Shown one piece after another: positions 43,078 to 54,500 of a stretch of 64,000 nucleotides of DNA. This DNA comes from Bdellovibrionales bacterium. Lineage in GTDB: Bacteria; Bdellovibrionota; Bdellovibrionia; Bdellovibrionales; JAUICD01. The stretch covers positions 333,209 through 397,208 of the forward strand of contig OZ241914.1 in the NCBI GenBank assembly GCA_965203875.1. Reading direction: 5' to 3'. Under the pieces are notes generated by a model, which had not been told where the DNA came from, ran no database searches, and saw nothing but the letters and a program-made list of their open reading frames with translations. Each line of letters opens with the position of its first letter. The stretch's first letter is position 1. Made by a program: the position numbers and the translations under genes.

Positions 43078-43243
43078 TGAGTTAAATTAAGTTTTACCGC
43101 TCCTGTCAACTTAACTACCATTCAAAACCTAACATCAGGCTATACAATTTAACTTGTCTCTGCCACATATAGTCAATTATAGAGTCATGTTTTTCTTTAA
43201 GCTATGCTGTCAAGACACTAAGCTAGAGGGATTAGGAAACTAA

Positions 43244-45955
43244 ATGCAGACAACTGACTACATGAATTCTCTCAGTTCTGACTATATCGACTCTCTACAC
43301 AAAGACTATAAAAAAGATCCTTTGAGTGTGGATAAAGAATGGCGACGTTTCTTTGAAGGTCTGGAACTTGGAGCATCACAAAAAGAACCCGTTGGTTCTG
43401 GGTCTGCAAATTATGCAGAACTACTAAGAGAAAAAGCATACATGTATGCCAAACTGGACCCTTTAAACATTTCTAATAAACCCAGCGAAGACATACATAA
43501 GTTATTAAACTTAAATCCTAAGGAGCAACAAGACTTAACTAAGGACACTTGGTTTATACAAAGAGGTTGCAAAACTAACAAGGATGTCGTCAATTTTTTG
43601 ATTAACTCATACTGTTCAGAGTTGAGTGTTCAGTTTAATGACTGCGAAGTTGAAGAAAGACAGTTTTTGATATCTCAGTTTGAACAAGAAGGCTTGGATA
43701 CTAAACTAACAGACGAGCAAAAAGTAGAACGCCTTATACAACTAAACTCAATAGAAGCCATGGAAAGATTCCTACACTCTAGATTTGTAGGCACAAAAAG
43801 ATTTTCTATTGAAGGTTCTGATACAGGCATTATTATTTTAGAAACTTTGCTAGAAAGAGCCATGACAGAAAATTTTGTTATAGCTATGGCACATAGAGGA
43901 AGAATCAATGTGTTGACCAATTTCATGGGTAAAGCAATTAAGTTAGTCTTAGCAGAATTTGATGGACAAGAAGCTTTGCTAAACGATAAAAATGAAAGCG
44001 GGGATGTGAAATATCACATGGGATTTTCTGCTGTAAGAAACACTAAGCACGGACCTGTTAATATATCCTTGGCTTTCAATCCATCACATTTGGAATATGT
44101 ATGTCCTGTAGTTTTAGGAAGTAGCTGGGCAAAACAACTAAGCAAACATAGCAACGGTAAAACACAAGATTATATGTCTGTCTTGCCTGTAATGATTCAT
44201 GGGGATGCAGCATTTTCAGGTCAAGGAGTTGTGTACGAAACTTTTCAGATGTCAGGTCTGAAAGCAAACAACGTAGGTGGTACCATCCATATAATTTTTG
44301 ATAATCAAATTGGATTCACAGTAAACCCAGATGAATTCAAAACAGCAACTTATGCTTCTGATGTTTCAAAAACGTTCAATATTCCTGTGCTTCATGTAAA
44401 CTCTGATAGTGTAGAAGGTTCAATCAGAGCTGCACAGATCGCAATAGCTTACAGAAATAAATTCTTCAAGGATATAGTTATAAGACATGTTGGCTACAGA
44501 AGATATGGTCACAACGAAGGAGATGAGCCATCCTACACCCAGCCTACACTATACAGTAATATTAAGAAACATCCAACGGTCAGACAAATTTATGCTAAAA
44601 AACTATCGGAACAAAATTTGATAACTCAGGATGAAATAAAAAAACTCTATAACGATAAAATAGATGAACTGCAAAAGGTGCTTGATCTTGTTAGGGAAAA
44701 TCCTTTGAAACAAAAACCAGATACCATTAAAGGCTCGTGGGTTGGTTTAAGACGAACATATAGTGACGAAGATATGTTTTTTCGGGTAAACACTTCTGGT
44801 TTAAGAGCTGACATAGATAAAGTAATCAAAACCATGGGAAGTCCTCCTGAAAAATTCAACTGGCATCCTAAGCTTAGAAAACAATATGAAAAGCTATATG
44901 AGTTATATTCAAAAAATGGGCTTATGAACTGGACTCTTGCAGAAATGGCAGCCTATGGCACCTTAATTCTGGAAGGTACCAGCGTAAGATTGACAGGACA
45001 AGATTCTATCAGAGGGACGTTTTCTCATAGACACGCAAAGTATATCGATTTTTATAATCAATCTCTCTATTCTCCTCTAGAAACTTTGGCATCTGGTGGA
45101 ACCAATGTTTTTATTTACAACAGCTTTTTATCAGAAACCGCAGTGCTTGGCTTTGAATATGGTGTGTCCGCAGCAAACCCCTGGATGCTCACAATATGGG
45201 AAGCTCAATTTGGAGACTTTGCAAACGGAGCACAGGTAATAATTGATCAATTTATTGTTGCAGCTGAATCTAAATGGAATAGAATGAGCGGCATAGTGTT
45301 GTTTCTACCCCATGGGTATGAAGGTCAGGGCCCTGAACATTCAAGTGCTAGGTTAGAGAGATTTTTATCACTATGTACAAATAAAAATATACAAGTATGT
45401 TATCCAACAACTCCAGCACAATTCTTTCACTTACTAAGAAGACAAATCAAGAGAGATTTTAGAAAACCCCTGATCATAATGTCTCCAAAGTCTCTATTAA
45501 GACACAGAAAGGTCGTATCTCATATTGACGAATTCTGCAGTGATACAATAACATTTAAAGAGGTATTAGTTGATGAATTAGAGGACAAGGAAAATGTTAA
45601 TAAAGTATTACTATGTTCCGGAAAAATATACTACGACTTGCTTGATAAAAAAGAATCAAGCGGTGACAATAAATCTTTAATAGTGAGACTCGAACAAATT
45701 TATCCTTTTCCAGGACATTATATTAATAAGATTTTGTCTCAATATCCCAATATTGAGAAATTGTGTTGGGTACAGGAAGAACCTAGAAATATGGGAGCTT
45801 ATAGATTTGTGAGAACTCGAATGTACCGTGTTTTAAATAATATGAAATTGGATCTAGAGTACATAGGCAGACCGTTAAGTGCTAGTCCTGCTACAGGTAG
45901 TAGTAAGAGACACTCGATAGAGCAAGATAGAATAATAAATGAGGCTCTAAAATAG
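43244..45955 (+). CDS. sucA: 2-oxoglutarate dehydrogenase E1 component
   Basis: 903 aa. [48 protein letters not shown]. Confidence 0.95.
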   Translation: MQTTDYMNSLSSDYIDSLHKDYKKDPLSVDKEWRRFFEGLELGASQKEPVGSGSANYAELLREKAYMYAKLDPLNISNKPSEDIHKLLNLNPKEQQDLTKDTWFIQRGCKTNKDVVNFLINSYCSELSVQFNDCEVEERQFLISQFEQEGLDTKLTDEQKVERLIQLNSIEAMERFLHSRFVGTKRFSIEGSDTGIIILETLLERAMTENFVIAMAHRGRINVLTNFMGKAIKLVLAEFDGQEALLNDKNESGDVKYHMGFSAVRNTKHGPVNISLAFNPSHLEYVCPVVLGSSWAKQLSKHSNGKTQDYMSVLPVMIHGDAAFSGQGVVYETFQMSGLKANNVGGTIHIIFDNQIGFTVNPDEFKTATYASDVSKTFNIPVLHVNSDSVEGSIRAAQIAIAYRNKFFKDIVIRHVGYRRYGHNEGDEPSYTQPTLYSNIKKHPTVRQIYAKKLSEQNLITQDEIKKLYNDKIDELQKVLDLVRENPLKQKPDTIKGSWVGLRRTYSDEDMFFRVNTSGLRADIDKVIKTMGSPPEKFNWHPKLRKQYEKLYELYSKNGLMNWTLAEMAAYGTLILEGTSVRLTGQDSIRGTFSHRHAKYIDFYNQSLYSPLETLASGGTNVFIYNSFLSETAVLGFEYGVSAANPWMLTIWEAQFGDFANGAQVIIDQFIVAAESKWNRMSGIVLFLPHGYEGQGPEHSSARLERFLSLCTNKNIQVCYPTTPAQFFHLLRRQIKRDFRKPLIIMSPKSLLRHRKVVSHIDEFCSDTITFKEVLVDELEDKENVNKVLLCSGKIYYDLLDKKESSGDNKSLIVRLEQIYPFPGHYINKILSQYPNIEKLCWVQEEPRNMGAYRFVRTRMYRVLNNMKLDLEYIGRPLSASPATGSSKRHSIEQDRIINEALK

Positions 45956-45965
45956 GAGATACAAA

Positions 45966-47144
45966 ATGGGTTTAGCAAAAATAATTATACCTTCTGTAGG
46001 CGAATCTATACAAGAGGTCACAATATCCGAATGGTTAAAAAAAGACGGAGATTTTGTAGAAAAAGGTGAAGATGTTCTATCTATTGATACTGATAAAGCT
46101 TCCGTTGAAGTTGCAGCAGATGTCAGTGGCAAACTTAAAATATCAACACAGCCTGGTGAGACAGTTAAAGTAGGAACTGTAGTAGGAACGATTGATGACA
46201 AAGCTACAAAACCAAAAAATGCAGTGACCGAACAAAAGAAAAAACCCAACATAAAAGATGCTGTTAAACCTGCTAAGAAACAGCAAATAACAAAAACCAA
46301 TAATGAGTTAGAAAATTTGTCCCCAGCTGTAAGGCATCAAGTTTTATCTAAAAACATAAACACAGACTCAATTCAAGGTAGTGGAAAAGATGGGCGCATT
46401 TTAAAACAAGATTTAAACCCTAAACCAAGATCAGCAGCACCCAAAGACTTAAAAACAATAGAACCGATGTCATCTATAAGAAAAACAATTGCAAAGAGAC
46501 TAAAGGGTGTACAACAAACTGCTGCCATACTCTCTACTTTTAACGAAGTAGATTTAACTGAACTGATGTCATTAAGAGCTAGATATCAAGATGAATTTAT
46601 CAAAAAATACGATATAAAACTTGGCTTAATGAGTGTATTTATAAAAGCCTGCATAGAGAGTTTAAAAGATTTTCCTACAGTAAATGCCTTCATAGAAGGT
46701 GATAATATAATATACAACAACTACTACAACATAGGTGTTGCGGTGAGTACCGATAATGGTTTGTTAGTGCCTGTTATTAAAAATGCTGATCGGATGACTT
46801 TAGCAGAACTGGAATTAGCGATAAAAAATTTTGCTGAACTTGCTCGTAATAAAAAAATATCCCTAGATGACTTAAGTGGTGGTACTTTTACCGTTACTAA
46901 TGGTGGTGTATTTGGTTCTATGCTATCGACCCCTATATTGAATGCACCACAAAGTGGTATTTTAGGTATGCACTCTATAATTGAAAGACCTGTAGTTGTA
47001 AATTCTAAGATCGAGATAAGAAAAATGATGTACTTGGCATTGTCTTATGATCACAGAATTGTAGATGGCAGAGAAGCTGTAAGCTTCTTAGTCAAAGTGA
47101 AACAATGTATAGAAGATCCTAGAAGACTGCTTTTGAGCATATAG
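45966..47144 (+). CDS. sucB: Dihydrolipoyllysine-residue succinyltransferase (E2o)
   Basis: Lipoyl motif [15 protein letters not shown] segment, catalytic SYDHRIVDG. Confidence 0.93.
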   Translation: MGLAKIIIPSVGESIQEVTISEWLKKDGDFVEKGEDVLSIDTDKASVEVAADVSGKLKISTQPGETVKVGTVVGTIDDKATKPKNAVTEQKKKPNIKDAVKPAKKQQITKTNNELENLSPAVRHQVLSKNINTDSIQGSGKDGRILKQDLNPKPRSAAPKDLKTIEPMSSIRKTIAKRLKGVQQTAAILSTFNEVDLTELMSLRARYQDEFIKKYDIKLGLMSVFIKACIESLKDFPTVNAFIEGDNIIYNNYYNIGVAVSTDNGLLVPVIKNADRMTLAELELAIKNFAELARNKKISLDDLSGGTFTVTNGGVFGSMLSTPILNAPQSGILGMHSIIERPVVVNSKIEIRKMMYLALSYDHRIVDGREAVSFLVKVKQCIEDPRRLLLSI

Positions 47145-47205
47145 TTTTTAAACATATTAGTTTGTTTAAAAACTTTGGTTACAATAAAATTTATTTGGAG
47201 GAGTT

Positions 47206-48582
47206 TTGTTTGACGTAATATTTATAGGCGGAGGTCCAGGTGGTTACACAGGTGCGATTAAAGCATCCCAGTTAGGGCTAAAGGTAGCTTTGGTTGATAA
47301 GTCAAACAACCTAGGTGGGACATGTCTTAATGTGGGCTGTATACCCAGTAAGGCTCTTTTAGATTCATCAGAACATTACACCTTTATGTCATCTGGTGCG
47401 GCCAAGCATGGAATAGATGTCGAGTTTAAACTCAATCTAAATAACATGATGAAAAGAAAAGATGGTATTGTTTCAGAATTGACTTCTGGCATAAAATACC
47501 TAATGAAAAAAAATAAAATTAAAGTGTTTCAAGGCAATGGAGAAATCTTATCTCCAAACATGGTTTCTGTTTCTAGCGAAAAATCAAAAAATTTGGTTGA
47601 AACTGAGAACATAGTGATTGCTACTGGTAGCACTCCAATTGAACTTCCTTTTTTAAAGTTTGACTACAAAAAAGTTATACATTCGACCCAAGGACTCAGC
47701 TTGGAATCGGTACCAAAAAGCATGCTTGTAATAGGAGCAGGTGCAATAGGATTAGAGCTGGGTTCTGTATGGCAAAGGCTTGGTTCCAAAGTAACAATTA
47801 TAGAAGCATCCGATAAAATCTGTGGTGCTATGGATAGAGAAATTAGCGAAGAAACACAGAAAAATTTGACTCACCAAGGTATGAAAATACTTTTAAACTC
47901 AAAAGTTCAATCAGCAAAAATTAAGAAAAATAGCGTTGAGTTAAATTTAGATGATTCTACCAAAGTTGAAGGTGATGTATGTCTTGTAGCAGTGGGAAGA
48001 AAAGCCAATACCGAATGCCTCGGTTTGAACAATGTATCTATTAATTTGTCAAAGAAAGGCACTATTTGTGTTGATGATCAATTTCAAACTTCGATGCCAG
48101 GTATATATGCAATAGGTGATGTTATAGATGGACCTATGTTGGCTCATAAAGCAGAAGAAGAAGGCGTTGCTGTTGCAGAAATAATTTCTAGCGGAAAAAG
48201 TTGGGTGAATTACTTTACTCTACCTAGTGTTATATATACCCATCCTGAGGTTGCAAGTGTTGGATACACCGAAGAACAGTTAAAGGAAAAGGGTATTGAA
48301 TATAAAAAAGGAAAATTTTTATTTAAGGCAAATGGCAGAGCAAAGGCGATGGGTGATACAAGTGGGTTTGTTAAATTTTTGTCAGATAAAACAACTGATA
48401 AAATTTTAGGTTGTCACGTAGTAGGGCCTAGGGCATCTGACATATTGTCAGAAGCTATAGTCGGTATGGAATTTTCAGCTAGTAGTGAGGATATTGCTAG
48501 AAGTTTTCATTCTCATCCTACGCTTAGTGAAGTTGTCAGAGAAGCAGCCTTGGATGTAAATGGTTTATCCAGACAAAGCTAA
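47206..48582 (+). CDS. lpdA: Dihydrolipoyl dehydrogenase (E3)
   Basis: GGGPGGY, redox-active CLNVGCIPSK, HSHPTLSE. TTG start after GGAGGAG. Confidence 0.93.
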   Translation: MFDVIFIGGGPGGYTGAIKASQLGLKVALVDKSNNLGGTCLNVGCIPSKALLDSSEHYTFMSSGAAKHGIDVEFKLNLNNMMKRKDGIVSELTSGIKYLMKKNKIKVFQGNGEILSPNMVSVSSEKSKNLVETENIVIATGSTPIELPFLKFDYKKVIHSTQGLSLESVPKSMLVIGAGAIGLELGSVWQRLGSKVTIIEASDKICGAMDREISEETQKNLTHQGMKILLNSKVQSAKIKKNSVELNLDDSTKVEGDVCLVAVGRKANTECLGLNNVSINLSKKGTICVDDQFQTSMPGIYAIGDVIDGPMLAHKAEEEGVAVAEIISSGKSWVNYFTLPSVIYTHPEVASVGYTEEQLKEKGIEYKKGKFLFKANGRAKAMGDTSGFVKFLSDKTTDKILGCHVVGPRASDILSEAIVGMEFSASSEDIARSFHSHPTLSEVVREAALDVNGLSRQS

Positions 48583-48709
48583 CTAACCTTAACTCTTGAA
48601 TGACTTGCTGTCCGTAGGCCAATAGCTTTTACAAAAACTTTTGTAAGTACTATAAACATAATTCTATACCATTGCTATCATTACTAGATTTTGTTAATAT
48701 CGAAATACG

Positions 48710-49135
48710 ATGTCAGAGGAAGCTAAAATGCAACCACAAAAACCGACTGATGAACAAGAACGACTATTTGAAGTAGACAAATTATCCCAGGGATTTGGAA
48801 TAGGAGTTATATCAGCAGCTGGGGCATTATTGGTTATATCGGTGGCAATACATTTATTGAAAATGCTAGGATTAAAAATTGACACCGGTTCAATAGCAAT
48901 TGGAGCAGGGTTTTTTACTGGAAATATAATAGCCATTTTGATTGTATCAGAAATCAGTATATTGTCATATAGTCTGGCCAAAGCAGTTTACGATTGCAGT
49001 AGGAAAATTAATGCTAATGTAGAACGACATAAGAGATGGTACTTTGCTAACGCTCATAAAAATGCATGGTATGGTATAAAACAAGCTCTAACTATAGCAC
49101 TAAGATCTACTGTATCTATCTTTAGAAAAAACTAG
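48710..49135 (+). CDS. Small membrane protein, unknown function
   Basis: 141 aa with two hydrophobic helices (GIGVISAAGALLVISVAIHLL; AIGAGFFTGNIIAILIVSEISIL) and a basic C-terminus. Confidence 0.5.
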   Translation: MSEEAKMQPQKPTDEQERLFEVDKLSQGFGIGVISAAGALLVISVAIHLLKMLGLKIDTGSIAIGAGFFTGNIIAILIVSEISILSYSLAKAVYDCSRKINANVERHKRWYFANAHKNAWYGIKQALTIALRSTVSIFRKN

Positions 49136-49140
49136 TTTAC

Positions 49141-49251
49141 ATAGAACGTTGCTTCGGCTTTTTTAATACATGTACCCTGGCTATACTTTCAGCCTTTGGC
49201 CTTCGGCCGGGCCGTTTCGCTATGTACACTTATTAAAAACGAAGACCTTTA
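49141..49251 (-). repeat. Nested-hairpin extragenic repeat, copy 4 (starts at the bamA stop codon and fills the convergent gap)
   Basis: The minus strand reads TAAAGGTCTTCGTTTTTAATAAGTGTACATAGCGAAACGGCCCGGCCGAAGGCCAAAGGC...GGTACATGTATTAAAAAAGCCGAAGCAACGTTC. Confidence 0.65.
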
Positions 49252-51573
49252 GAACATTCCTATTGAGAAATGAAAACGACCACTATCCACTAACCAATTT
49301 ATACCACTTATTGTGTTATCCAACCTTAAACCATACTCCAAACTGACAGGCCCCACAGGAGTAGCAAATCTCAACCCAACACCTACAGAATTTCTATACT
49401 CATCAGCAAAATCTAGCCCACTAATAACTACACCACCGCCATCATAAAAAATAACCCCACCAAGCAAATCTGTAATAGGAAATCTCAATTCAGATTTGGT
49501 TAAATAAAAATAACTCGTATCCACAATGGGTAAAACGCCTAAAAGATCATCACTAAAGCTAGAACGATCAGGAATAGAATTTAACTCATAACCTCTAATC
49601 GTAGATCTACCACCTAAAAAGAAACCCTTTGTCTCAGGTAAATACGAAGAATTTTTACTTTTGTTTATCAAATAACCACCAGAAAACAACTGTGCAAACA
49701 CAAAAGATTCAATAGGTAAATAATAATTCAAACTTCCAGTTAAACGATAAAATTTAGTATCCACATCATTTATGTTAAGCCCTAAAAAAGGAGCTGCATA
49801 CTCAATAGAAGATTGATAATACCAACCTTTGGAAGGATTAAATGGATGATTCCTAAAATCCATCTCTAAAGAAGGACCAGTAGAACCAGTAATAGCCTGA
49901 CTCTCGTTCACACTATCACCAACATACTCAAACAAAGTAGCGGTTTCAAAATTCCACAAACTGTAAGAAATATTCATGCTCTCATAAAACTTATGCTCCA
50001 AACTCAAATCCAAAGCTGTTTTATCTTCAACCGTTATCTCACCAGTTGTTCGCCCTGAAACAGAGGTAATATTCTTAGCTTTGGTAACACCAACCTTGCC
50101 GCCTAAATGTTTACCAAATATGTATGGTTCTAAATAACCAAAACTTAACTCATACTCCAAAATACCTTCTACATCCTGAGCCAAAGCTTTTTGTAATTCT
50201 AAACGACTACTAATTTTCCTAGCACTTCCGACAATATTGTCGTAATAAACTCCGGTAAAACCTCTCAAGGTTAAATTAAACTCATCATTCAAACCAACAC
50301 CAAAGTTAAACACACCAGGATCTTTTTCTATAAGTTCAATACGAACATTCATTATGTCCGGTTCATTCGATTTTACAGCCAATATGTCAACCTTAGTAAA
50401 CAAACCAGTTCTTAAAAGCCTCTGCTTATTTCTGTTAGTTTCAACTAAAGATAATAAACCGCCAGGTTTTAGATTTACTTCCTTTAAGATAACATCTTTT
50501 TTTGTTTTTGTATTTCCAGTGATAATAATATTACCTATCTTAACTTCCATACCTTCTGTAATATTTATTGTAACGCTAGCTAATCTTTGATTGTTGCTGT
50601 ACTGTATGACCTTATCCATGTCGTTAAACTCCATGTTTAAAAAAGATCTATCGGTGTAATAGTGTCTTATATCTTGCAGTGATTTTTTTAGCTTACCTAT
50701 GTTTAATTTATCTCCTGCATTTATATCCAAAATCTCTCTTATTTTTGTTTCTTTTACTTGCAATACCCCTAGCACACTAACTTTATCTATTCTTGTTACA
50801 AAACCTTCGTCTATTATTACTTGGACATTAGCAACTTCCTTTGAACTAGTAAAAGTTTCGGACATTGATCTAAGCTCAGGACGCAAATACCCTCTATACA
50901 CAAGATCTAACAATAAAGCTTCTACGCTTTCTTCTATATTACCTCTGAAATAACCGCCGTAATTTTTATCTAATTTAGAATTATGCTGTCTTATAAATCT
51001 AGAAAAAGTCTGGGCATTACTAGGATCTTTGCTTATCACTGTGATCTTTCCAAGCCTAGTAAATACTCCTGGATCAATTTCAAAAACTAAATCGTTTTGA
51101 AAATTGCTCATCTTTGATCTATGTCTTACTATAACCTCACTATACCCGTACTCTCTGTATAACTGTGTTACTTTTTCTGTTACATACGATGCTGGGTCTG
51201 ATAACTGTTCGCTATAATTACTCCAATCTAAAGTTTCTTGTATTCTACCTACTCCTACTACATCATCTCCTTCATTTTTGATATTAAAATGGGTTTTTAA
51301 TTTGTAAGGTTGTTTTATAATGAACTTTAAATGAGATTCACTTTCTCTATTTAATGAAACAGCAGAAGCTAAGTATTTATTATCTCTCAAATAATCTTCT
51401 ATTTCTTCCAAAATTTTCTGATCTAACTCATCAGAAAAAGTTTTTGAATTATATTTGTTAGTAAGTTTAACTAGTTCGGACTTTAATTTATCGTTTTCTG
51501 TTTCTATCTGCACTTGTACCAAGCTATCAGCATGAAGTAAATTAAAGAGCAATATACATATTATTTTTATCAC
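49249..51573 (-). CDS. bamA: Outer membrane protein assembly factor BamA (Omp85 family)
   Basis: 774 aa. N-terminal POTRA-like repeats, C-terminal barrel ending GRFHFSIGMF. The GTG start overlaps the tamB TGA (GTGA). Confidence 0.85.
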   Translation of the reverse strand: MIKIICILLFNLLHADSLVQVQIETENDKLKSELVKLTNKYNSKTFSDELDQKILEEIEDYLRDNKYLASAVSLNRESESHLKFIIKQPYKLKTHFNIKNEGDDVVGVGRIQETLDWSNYSEQLSDPASYVTEKVTQLYREYGYSEVIVRHRSKMSNFQNDLVFEIDPGVFTRLGKITVISKDPSNAQTFSRFIRQHNSKLDKNYGGYFRGNIEESVEALLLDLVYRGYLRPELRSMSETFTSSKEVANVQVIIDEGFVTRIDKVSVLGVLQVKETKIREILDINAGDKLNIGKLKKSLQDIRHYYTDRSFLNMEFNDMDKVIQYSNNQRLASVTINITEGMEVKIGNIIITGNTKTKKDVILKEVNLKPGGLLSLVETNRNKQRLLRTGLFTKVDILAVKSNEPDIMNVRIELIEKDPGVFNFGVGLNDEFNLTLRGFTGVYYDNIVGSARKISSRLELQKALAQDVEGILEYELSFGYLEPYIFGKHLGGKVGVTKAKNITSVSGRTTGEITVEDKTALDLSLEHKFYESMNISYSLWNFETATLFEYVGDSVNESQAITGSTGPSLEMDFRNHPFNPSKGWYYQSSIEYAAPFLGLNINDVDTKFYRLTGSLNYYLPIESFVFAQLFSGGYLINKSKNSSYLPETKGFFLGGRSTIRGYELNSIPDRSSFSDDLLGVLPIVDTSYFYLTKSELRFPITDLLGGVIFYDGGGVVISGLDFADEYRNSVGVGLRFATPVGPVSLEYGLRLDNTISGINWLVDSGRFHFSIGMF

Positions 51574-54500
51574 TTAAAATATACCTGGTACTTAAGATCT
51601 AATCCTAGTATATTATTATTTCTCTCATCTTGTATAATTAAATCTGAATCACCTTCTTTTGGTGCTAATTCTTCATAGTTACCCATGATGGATAATTTAT
51701 CACTAAGTTTATATTCAACTTTCATATCTGATGTCTGGCTGCTTCCCAGCTTTCTGCTAAGAACCGTGCTAATTTTATCAGTCCACTGTTTTTTGATTAC
51801 AACCTTAGCAGTGGTTTCTATAGCATCTTCTTCTGTTTCTTCCATTTCAGTAGATAATCTCAAATCTACTCCGGTTTTTTCTTTTATCGTTCTGTGTATT
51901 GGATTTTGTGTCACAAGATTGGTAGATGCACTCAATGCCTGGTTTTGTATTTGTGTTCCAATAGATATGCTATCGGTTTCTGATGTTGTGTAACCCACGG
52001 CTAACAGGTTTACTATATCCCAATGAGATAAATTAGTATTGCTTGCAAAAGAAATCACTGGCTCGTCTACATCGCCTCTTACATACATTGTTATAGTATG
52101 ATCTTTCAAAATAGTGGTAGCTTCTAGGTTTATGTCAGGATTAACTTCGTCTCCTCCTTTGAAATCAAATCTAGCGTCATTGATCAAAAACTCATTGCTA
52201 TTAAATTTTATTATGGTGTCTTTTTTGAGGTCAACTCTACCTAATAGCTTAGGGTAAACAGGTTGACCTTGTATATATAGGCTGCCGTTAAAAGAGCCTT
52301 CTACTAAAGAATTACTAATAGCTGTGTTGTTGTCAAAGTTAGTAAGAATGTTCATTTGTATAGGGCCTGCTAATTCTTCCTTATGGGATTTGGGTAAGAA
52401 TAGATAACTGGAATAAAGTTCGCTTGTGTCAGATTCTTCAAACTCTGTTGCTACTTTTACTTTTGTTGTATTGTAATTTCCTTCGAATAAAAATGGAAAC
52501 CATGATCCAGATATTTTAATATCTGCATCTCCTTGAGTCTCAACACCTTCTGGTATGTTTAATCTAATGTCCTTTAGTTTCAAATCTATTTTAGTTGGAA
52601 ACTCACCAAGACCTACAATACCAATATTTCCTTTAGCATACGCCGTTCCAGAAGCAAAGTTAGCCTTTAATTGGTCTATATTAAGTTGGTCTTTAGAAAA
52701 ACTTATTTTGCCATATAGATCTTCTACAGGATGCGGGACGTTTACAATATTTAGAAACGCATTTTTTATAGCACCGCGCCCTGAAAGTACGGTGTTATTA
52801 CCTTCTTTGTTTAGCGAACATTTTACGTGCAGTGTTCCTCTAACATCTTCTAAAAATGGCATTGCGAACGAAAATAAATCCAGATCAACATCTCCACGTA
52901 TTGACATACTAGGTCTGTTTTTTTCGTAGCCATTAATATTCAACATCATCTTTTTATTTTCATTCCCAATCATTTCAATAAATCCATCCATATTTCCATT
53001 GTCAAATACAAATCTAGAGTTTTTAGCTACAAGCTCTTTTTCTTTTTTAGCTAGTCTAACTTCAGATATATTCACTCGTCCATTTGCATTTTTTAGCCAG
53101 TGGGATTTGGATTTAAGTTTTATATCTGCGGTTAAAAAAGCACTATATTCTTTGCTATTACCACCCGCAATAGATAAGTAAGGAGCAAAATCCCATTTGT
53201 TTGCATTTAAGATTAATTCAAATGGCAATTTACTAGAATAAGGGATGTCAGAGACAACATGCAATGATTCATCCAACATCTTTGAGGTTAAAAGTAAATT
53301 TCTGGAAGTTATCTGCATGCTATAGTCAATATCAGAAATAGCTCTGTTAAAAGATCTTATATTTCTTAAACTACCGTTTAGCTTTGTGGTTGGGCTTAGA
53401 ACATGACCTATCATTGTGAGTTTAAAATTATTATCACCAGATAAATTTAAATTTGTATTTCTTAATACTTGGCTGCTTTCTAATTTGAGTTTGTCACCAG
53501 AAATCACAAGATCTATATTGCCATCAGGCCTGCCAACTCCGTCTAATGTAATTACCCCATCTTCTTTTATCAACTGCACATTATCTACAGTTACATGACC
53601 ATCATTAGCTTTTATATTAAAATTTAGATCATCAAAGTACTCATCAGATATAGCGCCATCCTTAACTGAACTGGTTAAAACGTAGTTTAAGCGATTAAAT
53701 TTAAGAGGTCCATTTAAGTTTATTTTTGCTTTACCTCTCCCGTATGCATCAAATGGTAGTTGCACTCGTCTTTTAAAAGCCATTATAAGTTCTGACAACT
53801 CAAACTCAGGCACTTCTCCATCTAAAGATATCGTTTTGTTATTAAGGTTAATTTTTATGTTGGCATTATAATTTGATACATCTATCCTTCCATTTAGATC
53901 ATCAAAAAAAAGGGAGCGGTCTTTATAAGATAAATTTGTATTTACATTATTTAAAAAATAATCTTCTAACCAAACACCTTTAGTATCAAGAGATGTGTTA
54001 AAAGAAGCTGTGCGTGCACTGCCAGAAACAGTACCTGATCCGGATACGTTGCCTTCTACTTTTAATCCTGAAATGTTGTTATTAAGTGCAGCCAAATCTA
54101 ATTTTTCAGATGAATAAGCAAAGTTAAATCCATCATCAAAATCTATTGATCCATTAACATCAAGTTTGCTATCTGCAATATTCAAACTGCTATCTATTTC
54201 CAATTTTTCTTTTCCAACAAAAACAGTTCCAACAATTTCAGTATTTTTTAGTGCAACCATCGGTTGATTGTTTGTAGTAACAATAAAATTTCTAACCTCT
54301 AATAGGTTATCCTGGCATGAAGCAGTAATATCTTGGTAATTAATGTCACATGCTACTTTACCAACTGCATAGCCACTAATTGGAGCTTTTACACCTAGGT
54401 TCGCTAAAAAAGGATTCAAATTCATAGAATTTATTTCTAAATTTAGTTTTAAAAGCTTATCTAGTCCAAATCTATTGAAGGTTGCTATTAAATCTATACC

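Noticed and set aside
48694-48981. 95-aa minus-strand ORF overlapping 48710-49135
   Set aside because: The plus-strand ORF is longer and encodes two clean TM helices. The minus-strand product is Pro/Ile/Asn-rich with no features. Even the plus-strand call is only moderate confidence.
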